From IMG/VR virus record IMGVR_UViG_3300013118_000772: a DNA stretch of 64,000 nt; one strand, 5' to 3'. This stretch comes from a virus. The translations under genes and the position numbers were made by a program. Every line of letters begins with the position of its first letter. Positions within the stretch are counted from its first letter, which is position 1. A model generated the notes under the pieces. That model had not been told where the DNA came from. It saw nothing but the letters and a program-made list of their open reading frames with translations, and searched no databases. Positions 57,523-64,000 of this stretch are shown here, piece by piece.

Positions 57523-59208
57523 ATGAAACTTAATAAAACCAGTTTAGGATTAATTTTAATATTATCAATTATGTTAATTATTAGTGGATGTAGCACTGAG
57601 TTAAGTATAGCTAGTAATGAGTTTAAATTACCTCCCTATCCTCCTGAACGTAAAGTAGTTGAGCCTGTCTGGGGAACTATGTATTGCAAATACTCAGAAA
57701 ATTTATATGAAAGTTCCAAGTTAGGAATGAATAAATGTACTGAAGAAGTTTGTGGTGGAAATTATGACCCTGGATTGTTCGAAGATAAGGATAATAAATA
57801 TGTTTATTATTCCATAGTTAATTGTCCAATAGAAGCAGGATCAAGAGAATGTACTTTTAGTTTTGATAATTTTAAATGCCCAGCAAATACTTTCAAATAC
57901 ATGGCCATTGGTAAAAGAGGATCACCAGAAAAAATAGAAGATAATTTTAATGACAATTTAAGAATTAATGATGACAATGTACTTGTACAGATTTTTTGTC
58001 AAACAAATTTTTTAAATATTCGTAAAGAAATGACCTCTGCACCTGTTTTAGTAGTTGAACAGGATAAAAGGGGGATTTGGATTGAAACAGAAGGATTTGG
58101 AAGACAAGGTTGGATGAGTGGCTCATTCCCAGATTGTAGATGGGCAAGTTCAAATTACGTTAGTGAATTAATTAAAACCCAAAAGAAAGACAGTGACATT
58201 GATGTAATGTCTCATATTAAATGGGACGAAAGTATTGACCTTAATGTAGGATGGAGAGAAGTGCCTGCAGTTGGAAATGTCAATATAATGGGTAAATATA
58301 AAAATAAAGATGTAGTTTGTAGAGTAAGTGCAACACACGGTGGATCAGAATTATTAGAGGTTCAAGAATTTTCCACTAAAGGTGATAGAGATTATTATTT
58401 TATGGCTGGAAATATTTTAGATGCCGGAGCTGATTATTGTTGTAGTAATAACCAATGTTCAAAAGGTTTAGTATGTGAAGATTATAAATGTGTACGGGAT
58501 GCAGAATGTGAATCTGGAGAGTGTAATTGGTGGCAAAAAGGTCAGACCATTAGTAAAGATAGATGTATACATATAAATGGAGTATCTAAATTAGAAACAG
58601 TTAAATGTGATAATGATGCCTGTGTACAAAATTCATATGAAAAAGTAGCTTGTTGTCAAAATGATTGTCCAGCAAATTATGAATGTGATTATGATGTAGG
58701 ATGTGTATATGTTGGTAATAAAGTAGATTGTCCTACTGGATATTGTTGTGAAAAAGATCATGTCAAATATACTCAACAGAATTGTGCATCTAACTTAAAA
58801 TGTTGCATCGGAGATACACCTGATGATAATAAATTAGGGATATGTAAAGTTTCATGTGATATTGATAAAGAAATATGTGATGACGGAGAAGATAATGACG
58901 GCGATGGTTTAGTTGACTTAGCTGATCCTGATTGTAAAAAAAATGATCCAGCCATTAATCTTATTTGGATTATATGGATGATGACTATATTGGGCTTAAT
59001 AGGAGGAATATTTTTAGTCTGGAATAGTGAAGATGAAATATGGATCAAAGCAATAAAGGTAATACTATTAACCGCAGTAGGGGGTATTCTGGGTACAATA
59101 GTTGTGGTAATAATAAAAGCTATTATTACCCTTCTATTGGCACTTAAATTAGCATTAGCTCCATTGGCTAAAATAACAGATTTTTTAAGTAAAATATTTG
59201 GAGGTTGA
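57523..59208 (+). CDS. Cys-rich lipoprotein with DxDxDG calcium-binding-like motif and C-terminal TM helices
   Basis: Lipobox-like IISGCSTE; more than 40 Cys; EICDDGEDNDGDGLVDLADPDC; C-terminal hydrophobic helices. Confidence 0.45.
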   Translation: MKLNKTSLGLILILSIMLIISGCSTELSIASNEFKLPPYPPERKVVEPVWGTMYCKYSENLYESSKLGMNKCTEEVCGGNYDPGLFEDKDNKYVYYSIVNCPIEAGSRECTFSFDNFKCPANTFKYMAIGKRGSPEKIEDNFNDNLRINDDNVLVQIFCQTNFLNIRKEMTSAPVLVVEQDKRGIWIETEGFGRQGWMSGSFPDCRWASSNYVSELIKTQKKDSDIDVMSHIKWDESIDLNVGWREVPAVGNVNIMGKYKNKDVVCRVSATHGGSELLEVQEFSTKGDRDYYFMAGNILDAGADYCCSNNQCSKGLVCEDYKCVRDAECESGECNWWQKGQTISKDRCIHINGVSKLETVKCDNDACVQNSYEKVACCQNDCPANYECDYDVGCVYVGNKVDCPTGYCCEKDHVKYTQQNCASNLKCCIGDTPDDNKLGICKVSCDIDKEICDDGEDNDGDGLVDLADPDCKKNDPAINLIWIIWMMTILGLIGGIFLVWNSEDEIWIKAIKVILLTAVGGILGTIVVVIIKAIITLLLALKLALAPLAKITDFLSKIFGG

Positions 59209-59536
59209 AATGTCTGACGAAGGAAGTTTATTAGGGGCAGTTGGTTGGATGTTATTACTATTACTTTTGTTAGGATGGATACCAATCTTAGGAGCTTTAA
59301 TTGCAGGATTCGTAGGTGGTAGAAAAGCTTATACTGTAGGCAAGGCTATATTAGCTTCTTTAATAACTGCATTTATAATAGCTATTCCTGGAATATTGTT
59401 AATATCATTACTAACAGGATTATTTGGAATAGAAACATTCCTCACAATTGGATTAGGATTATCATTGGTATTGGTATTGGCTTCATCAATATTAACTATG
59501 ATAGGAGCAATTATAGGAGCTTTAACAGCTGATTAA
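59198..59536 (+). CDS. Polytopic small membrane protein (112 aa)
   Basis: Gly/Leu/Ile-rich helices; GC-richer. Confidence 0.35.
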   Translation: MEVEMSDEGSLLGAVGWMLLLLLLLGWIPILGALIAGFVGGRKAYTVGKAILASLITAFIIAIPGILLISLLTGLFGIETFLTIGLGLSLVLVLASSILTMIGAIIGALTAD

Positions 59537-59548
59537 AGGAGGATTAAA

Positions 59549-59734
59549 ATGAAAAACAAAATTTTAGGAACAGGAGGATTAGCAATATTAGCTTTAAACA
59601 ACTGGATAGCTAAAATGGTATTTGGAGGATGTATGAGTGCTAATATTAAATGTGTCACTTATGGAAACTGGCTATCATGGGGTTTAGCAATAACAGGAAT
59701 AGGTTTAGCTTTAATATCAATATGGATGGATTAA
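59549..59734 (+). CDS. Small membrane protein (61 aa)
   Basis: SD AAGGAGGA; two hydrophobic helices. Confidence 0.35.
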   Translation: MKNKILGTGGLAILALNNWIAKMVFGGCMSANIKCVTYGNWLSWGLAITGIGLALISIWMD

Positions 59735-59796
59735 TTATATCTATTTATTAAAATTAATGGCTTAAATCAAATATATAAAAGTAATGGAGATATAAT

Positions 59797-60177
59797 ATGG
59801 GAGTAAAAGAACTTGGATTGGCATTAGCTATTTTAATCATGTTCCTAGCATTTGCTGGATTCACTGCTTATGAAGTAGGACAGAATAGTGTAGATAAATG
59901 TGTAGACACTGGTAAAAAACCATGGGAATGTGGAGATGAAGCAAAAGCACCAGCAGCAATAGTTTTAGTTATATTAGGATTAATAGCTATTACAATAGGA
60001 ATTTTAATAAAAGATGTTAGTGCTATAAGCGGAGGATTAATATTTGGAGGAGCAATATCTTTACTTGCATCAATAATAATATACTGGGAAGATATGACAG
60101 GAATAATAAAAATCTTCATAAGTTTTGTAACACTTATGGGATTAATAGCAATTGGATGGTTTAAACTGAAAGATTGA
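59797..60177 (+). CDS. Membrane protein (126 aa, 4 TM)
   Basis: SD GGAGAT; hydrophobic helices. Confidence 0.35.
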   Translation: MGVKELGLALAILIMFLAFAGFTAYEVGQNSVDKCVDTGKKPWECGDEAKAPAAIVLVILGLIAITIGILIKDVSAISGGLIFGGAISLLASIIIYWEDMTGIIKIFISFVTLMGLIAIGWFKLKD

Positions 60178-60203
60178 ATAAATATATTAATGGAGGGATA
60201 AAA

Positions 60204-60308
60204 ATGCCTAAGAAAAATAAAAGAATGAGCCCAGCTCAAAAGAAGAAAATTGCCAAGTCAATGAGAAAAGCTTGGAAAACACGTGGCAAATTTGTAGGAA
60301 GAAAGTAA
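60204..60308 (+). CDS. Very basic peptide (34 aa)
   Basis: Manual translation MPKKNKRMSPAQKKKIAKSMRKAWKTRGKFVGRK; SD GGAGGGA upstream. Confidence 0.25.
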   Translation: MPKKNKRMSPAQKKKIAKSMRKAWKTRGKFVGRK

Positions 60309-60344
60309 GCTACTTAGGTGGCTCTTCTTTTTATGGACTAAAAA

Positions 60345-60533
60345 ATGGGATTTGAAATAAAACTAAATGAAGTAATAGCTGTCTTTGCCGGTATAGGTCT
60401 ATCAATTGGAGGATGGTTTATAGCCTCACCTTTAAAAGATTTTATTACTGAAAAGGTTAAATTTACATGGGCTCTTCCTGTAATAGGGATAGTTATTATA
60501 TGTGCAGTGTTATATTTTTACAATAAAAAATAG
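60345..60533 (+). CDS. Small membrane protein (62 aa)
   Basis: Two TM helices. Confidence 0.3.
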   Translation: MGFEIKLNEVIAVFAGIGLSIGGWFIASPLKDFITEKVKFTWALPVIGIVIICAVLYFYNKK

Positions 60534-60540
60534 GGGTATA

Positions 60541-61053
60541 ATGACATTTGAGATAAAAGATTTTATATTGGCAGCAATATTTGCGTTATTAGGACTTTTA
60601 ATTAGTTCTAAAATTGTTACCTTATTTGTAGATGGATTAGGACCCGTAACTGGATTTTTATTTACATCAGCAGTAGTATTAATTATGCTATTAATATTAT
60701 CTTGGCTTGAATTGATTATATTTAAATTTAAAGCAGATGGAATTATAAAAGGAATTGGATTATTATTAATTACCATATCATTTTTTATTGTTACTTCACA
60801 ATCAAGTTGTTATCAAAATCTAGTAATGGAAAAAGATTGTGATATATGTTCAACCTATTTTCAATCATCAGACGGAGCAGTTTGGCATTTATGGAGTAGT
60901 TTAATTCCCGTTTATACCACAACAGCATCTGGTCTTCAATTAAATCTAGTCAAGTTGCAATTAGTAAGAATATTAACTTATGTATTAACACCGTTTATAT
61001 TAGCATTTTTAGGGGGAATTCTTATAAAAGGATCACCCGAGATGGAATACTAG
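60541..61053 (+). CDS. Membrane protein (170 aa)
   Basis: ATG at 60541 (MTFEIKDF) after upstream stop at 60533; ORF-track start 60502 overlaps upstream gene. Confidence 0.35.
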   Translation: MTFEIKDFILAAIFALLGLLISSKIVTLFVDGLGPVTGFLFTSAVVLIMLLILSWLELIIFKFKADGIIKGIGLLLITISFFIVTSQSSCYQNLVMEKDCDICSTYFQSSDGAVWHLWSSLIPVYTTTASGLQLNLVKLQLVRILTYVLTPFILAFLGGILIKGSPEMEY

Positions 61054-61062
61054 GAGGAGAAA

Positions 61063-61236
61063 ATGAAAGGTTGGTTAAAAGCAAGTGTAATTATAATATC
61101 TATATTAATAATAACTATTGGAATGGTTTGTTCAGATGCTTGTGGTATAAGAGAGGCAGGATGTCCAAGTATAGGTATGATACCTGGTGGAAGTTCAACA
61201 GGTGGAACATGGGGTTTAGGTTGTGATTGTGATTAG
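61063..61236 (+). CDS. Small secreted Cys/Gly-rich peptide (57 aa)
   Basis: Manual translation MKGWLKASVIIISILIITIGMVCSDACGIREAGCPSIGMIPGGSSTGGTWGLGCDCD; SD AGGAGGAGA; replaces spurious minus ORF 61115..61309. Confidence 0.35.
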   Translation: MKGWLKASVIIISILIITIGMVCSDACGIREAGCPSIGMIPGGSSTGGTWGLGCDCD

Positions 61237-61245
61237 GAGGTAAAT

Positions 61246-61341
61246 ATGGCAAGAAAATTAACAAAATATAATAAACATATACAAAAGGAAATGAAAAAAG
61301 GTAAAACATTTAAACAAGCAGCTAATTGCTGGAAAGGTTAA
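61246..61341 (+). CDS. Tiny basic peptide (31 aa)
   Basis: MARKLTKYNKHIQKEMKKGKTFKQAANCWKG; SD GGAGGT. Confidence 0.2.
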   Translation: MARKLTKYNKHIQKEMKKGKTFKQAANCWKG

Positions 61342-61342
61342 A

Positions 61343-61483
61343 ATGACTGAAACAGATAAAAATAAATCACCGTCAGTTGAGTTTCTTTTAACTTACGGTT
61401 GGGCTATACTTGTCGTTTTAATTGTTATTGTAGCATTGGCTTATTTCGGGGTATTAAACCCAGAACGAATATTACCCAATTAG
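61343..61483 (+). CDS. Small TM peptide (46 aa)
   Basis: MTETDKNKSPSVEFLLTYGWAILVVLIVIVALAYFGVLNPERILPN. Confidence 0.25.
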   Translation: MTETDKNKSPSVEFLLTYGWAILVVLIVIVALAYFGVLNPERILPN

Positions 61484-61520
61484 TCAGGAGAATAAAAGAT
61501 AGAAATAGAGGCAGATTAAA

Positions 61521-61838
61521 ATGAATGAAATAGAAAAAAGGTCAGTAAAAGCAGCTAAAGAAATATCTAAAAAAATAGCGCAAGACCCTTCTGAATGGGT
61601 CAATAGATATGGATTTAATATAACTGGTAAGGGATACGTTGTTTTTAATGATTCAGGTTTGGATGAAGTAGATTATATTTTAGATAAAAATAAGCTAAGC
61701 GAAAGAAAGCTGGGCTCTTTTGAAAAATGGGAAAAAGGTCAAGATATAGTCTATATCGAAATAACCAAACAACTCAAGTTATTGGTTGGAAATTTAGATT
61801 CGTTTATTAGAAAACATAAGGAGATGCACTTTTGTTAG
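61521..61838 (+). CDS. Hypothetical protein (105 aa)
   Basis: ORF. Confidence 0.3.
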   Translation: MNEIEKRSVKAAKEISKKIAQDPSEWVNRYGFNITGKGYVVFNDSGLDEVDYILDKNKLSERKLGSFEKWEKGQDIVYIEITKQLKLLVGNLDSFIRKHKEMHFC

Positions 61839-61852
61839 GATGGGATGATTAA

Positions 61853-62260
61853 ATGACAAAACTAATATTAAAACATGAAGATAGAAATAGAGGCATATTA
61901 TTTTACATAAGAAAAATCTATTCTTATTCTACTATAATTGGCATTTATGGTGAAAGCAAAAAATCATTTAAATATAAACTAAATAATGGAAAATTAAACT
62001 TAAACATTAAAGACATTCCTTCAATAGTTACTAGTAAAATATATGTACTTAATAATGGAGATTCAATTGAAACAAAGATTATACTAGATGGTGGAATTAT
62101 TTCATATCAAGTTTTAAGAAATGGAATTGAGTTAAAAAAACAGTTAAGAAAAACAGCCAAAGATGAATGGTACGATACTCATGAAGATTTTTATGTCATA
62201 TTTCATAACTATAAAAACAAAAATAGATTTGCTTACGAAATAATAATGAATGAAAAATGA
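61853..62260 (+). CDS. Hypothetical protein (135 aa)
   Basis: ORF. Confidence 0.3.
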   Translation: MTKLILKHEDRNRGILFYIRKIYSYSTIIGIYGESKKSFKYKLNNGKLNLNIKDIPSIVTSKIYVLNNGDSIETKIILDGGIISYQVLRNGIELKKQLRKTAKDEWYDTHEDFYVIFHNYKNKNRFAYEIIMNEK

Positions 62261-62565
62261 AAGAATTTAAAGTTGAAAACTATGATAGGTTCATTTATCT
62301 GGTTAGTAACAATGAACTACCTACATTTGAAATGATAATTATACATTTAATGAACGAAACAAAATCATATAAAGTAGTTATAGAAGAGTGGTTTGAAGAT
62401 TGTCTTGAAAGTCGAGATGAAGGAAGAACAACCACAAAAAATATAAGAAATTCATATTTATGGTTAATGGAATCAGAAACAGGATTAAGAAGTGATTTAC
62501 ACAGATATATATCAAATGCCAAAGGAAGTACCTATGGTAGCTCATATATAATGCAAAAAATATAA
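62257..62565 (+). CDS. Hypothetical protein (102 aa)
   Basis: ATGA overlap with upstream ORF. Confidence 0.3.
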   Translation: MKEFKVENYDRFIYLVSNNELPTFEMIIIHLMNETKSYKVVIEEWFEDCLESRDEGRTTTKNIRNSYLWLMESETGLRSDLHRYISNAKGSTYGSSYIMQKI

Positions 62566-62566
62566 A

Positions 62567-62962
62567 ATGTCAATAGAAAAAACTAAACGGAATTTACATG
62601 GCTTTATTAGAAATAGAAGTCAAACTAATAAAGTTACACTTCAAACACTTAGATTATGGGCTGATTATAATAATATATCTAGAAAGGATATGGGTCATGC
62701 TTTGCAACTGTTAAAAGAAAATAATTCAGTATATTATAGCCAAAAATATGGATGGATGGTTAGAGGAAATAATTTAATAGGTAGATATTTTAAAATAATA
62801 GACAATGCAGGGGAAGCTTTTGTAGGTCAAATTATCGGCAAAGACACTTATAAAATATTAAGAAAAATACCTCTTACCTCCCCATGGATTTATAGTAAAT
62901 TATCACGATATGATGGAAAAATAAAAAAAGGAGATATTATTAAAGGAGATAAATTAAAATGA
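62567..62962 (+). CDS. Hypothetical protein (131 aa)
   Basis: ORF. Confidence 0.3.
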   Translation: MSIEKTKRNLHGFIRNRSQTNKVTLQTLRLWADYNNISRKDMGHALQLLKENNSVYYSQKYGWMVRGNNLIGRYFKIIDNAGEAFVGQIIGKDTYKILRKIPLTSPWIYSKLSRYDGKIKKGDIIKGDKLK

Positions 62963-63246
62963 ACGATTTATGGAAACTACCAGTTTCAATAGTAATAGAT
63001 TTAATAGGAGGAGTACCTTCGTTATTAGGTTTATTAGGAATATCTGTAACAGGTGGATTGAGTTTTTTAGCATCAGAGGCATTTGATTTAATATGGGCTC
63101 CTTTGAGTGCAATTATGGTTTATTTTATTTACGAAGGGGATGGTGTTGTTACATCAATTCAATTTATTGAAGAGCTATTACCATTGGGAGTAACTGATCT
63201 ACTTCCAACTGCTACAATAGCATTTTTTATGTCAGGTAAAAATTAA
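62959..63246 (+). CDS. Small membrane protein (95 aa)
   Basis: Two hydrophobic helices; ATGA overlap. Confidence 0.3.
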   Translation: MNDLWKLPVSIVIDLIGGVPSLLGLLGISVTGGLSFLASEAFDLIWAPLSAIMVYFIYEGDGVVTSIQFIEELLPLGVTDLLPTATIAFFMSGKN

Positions 63247-63256
63247 GGAGGTTAAA

Positions 63257-64000
63257 ATGGAAAAATGGCATTACGCGTTAACGTTTATAGTAACAGTTCT
63301 TGCTGCTGTATTTTCAGGTTTCTTAAATCATTCATTAGGTTATAGTGTTTTTAACTTAGGAATGGTTGATGGGGATATTTGTACAGCTAGTTATAAACCA
63401 AGTTGGAATGGAGGAGAAATTGGTTGCAATATAGGAAGAGGGGGAATACCCACCGGATTATCAGATGCTGATTATTTAGGTTACTTAGCAGGTGGAAGAG
63501 CTGGATATGAAGAATATTTAAATAACAATAATATCATACCAGATGTTAGTAGGTGTGAAATAACTGTTCAAATGGGTACTTGTTATGATGGATGCCTTGA
63601 ATTTGATGAAGAAGGTAAATGTGTTTATTTCCAAAGTGGATGTACAGCATTACCAGATGAGTTATATAATATACCAAAAGATGAGATATTATATGGAACA
63701 TTTAAAGAAACAGGAAATAAAGGCACAAGTAATTACTTCGTACAAATGAGTTCAGGTGGTAAACCTTATTATTATCATAAAGATTATAAATGTGTTTTAG
63801 ATAATATATATCCAACTGATTTAGGATTACCTACTGAGGAAATGATTTATACTATAAAAGCAAAAATATTGCCAGCACCTATACCAGGTCAATGTGATGT
63901 AGCTTCGGATTGTAGTATATTGGAACAACCAGAAGATATTAATGGAAATTGGGGCTGTGTAAATAATAATTGTGTTTGGATCTCAGGTGGAAGTGATAGT
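63257..64000 (+). CDS. Cys-rich secreted protein, 3'-truncated by window end
   Basis: SD AAGGAGGT; N-terminal TM MEKWHYALTFIVTVLAAVF; many Cys; runs off the end of the window. Confidence 0.4.
   Translation, partial: MEKWHYALTFIVTVLAAVFSGFLNHSLGYSVFNLGMVDGDICTASYKPSWNGGEIGCNIGRGGIPTGLSDADYLGYLAGGRAGYEEYLNNNNIIPDVSRCEITVQMGTCYDGCLEFDEEGKCVYFQSGCTALPDELYNIPKDEILYGTFKETGNKGTSNYFVQMSSGGKPYYYHKDYKCVLDNIYPTDLGLPTEEMIYTIKAKILPAPIPGQCDVASDCSILEQPEDINGNWGCVNNNCVWISGGSDS

Noticed and set aside
16820-62522. Minus-strand ORFs inside plus-strand genes (16820..17044, 17734..17919, 19683..19886, 25024..25284, 26066..26287, 28257..28505, 30653..30862, 31207..31425, 31769..31954, 33007..33210, 33587..33928, 34941..35336, 35968..36264, 38147..38455, 40338..40634, 41348..41614, 43035..43352, 46483..46680, 48133..48390, 49711..49971, 51198..51470, 53840..54145, 55282..55467, 56936..57346, 57965..58153, 58773..59285, 59868..60239, 60510..60776, 61115..61309, 62295..62522)
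   Set aside because: Same reasoning: antisense shadows of well-supported genes; 61115..61309 specifically is replaced by a plus-strand SD-led Cys-rich peptide.
1-64000. CRISPR arrays, rRNA or tRNA genes
   Set aside because: No regularly spaced direct repeats with unique spacers; no tRNA-like GTTCRANYC T-loop contexts or cloverleaf-compatible GC islands were found by eye. The two GC-rich islands examined are too short or wrongly structured for tRNA.
1-64000. Bacteriophage of a low-GC bacterium as the source
   Set aside because: Replication proteins are archaeo-eukaryotic in type (RFC with SRC motif, AEP primase, PolB with archaeal N-terminus, Hjc-like resolvase, MCM-like helicase), promoters match archaeal box A, and secreted proteins are saturated with N-glycosylation sequons. 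All this favors an archaeal host.

Overview
The window is about 27-28% GC and almost entirely coding. It looks like part of a large archaeal-type virus, provirus or megaplasmid; I infer this from archaeo-eukaryotic replication proteins, Shine-Dalgarno-led genes, archaeal box-A TTTAAATA promoter motifs, and dense N-glycosylation sequons in secreted proteins. Nothing here was run through homology or RNA tools; every call is read from motifs and context.

Layout:
- Bases 1-16441, minus strand: a tightly packed operon-like block with RFC clamp loader, AEP primase, a Cas4-like nuclease and family B DNA polymerase, then a complete 7-deazaguanine (preQ0) pathway (FolE, QueD, QueE, QueC), a TGT/DpdA-family base-exchange enzyme, a second N-terminally extended QueC paralog, a HAD phosphatase, a nucleoside 2-deoxyribosyltransferase/Rcl-like protein, a PCNA-like clamp candidate, an SPFH/stomatin protein and several zinc ribbons.
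- Bases 16441-16718: divergent promoter region.
- Bases 16719-22580, plus strand: AAA+ clamp-loader-like protein, ATP-dependent DNA ligase, a divergent MCM-like helicase and small membrane proteins.
- Bases 22581-23314: non-coding AT-rich repeat hub with a 42-bp perfect inverted repeat and two copies of the palindrome TTGAGGTCATGACCT; candidate origin or regulatory switch.
- Bases 23315-64000, plus strand: a late/virion module. It holds an Hjc-like resolvase, two wHTH regulators, a SAM methyltransferase, a HerA/FtsK-type packaging ATPase, candidate major structural proteins, and a domain-shuffled family of heavily glycosylated surface proteins, including an approximately 1745-aa protein with C-terminal degenerate tandem repeats and a TM anchor. 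It also carries Cys-rich repeat proteins, a CPBP protease, a Zn-phospholipase-C-like protein and many small membrane peptides.

Headline candidates:
1. A DNA 7-deazaguanine hypermodification island embedded in the replisome operon, with accessory nucleoside-level enzymes.
2. Two genes (polB and the giant surface protein) whose essential N-terminal regions lie upstream of any ATG/GTG/TTG. Both are consistent with AUU initiation behind an AGGTG Shine-Dalgarno.
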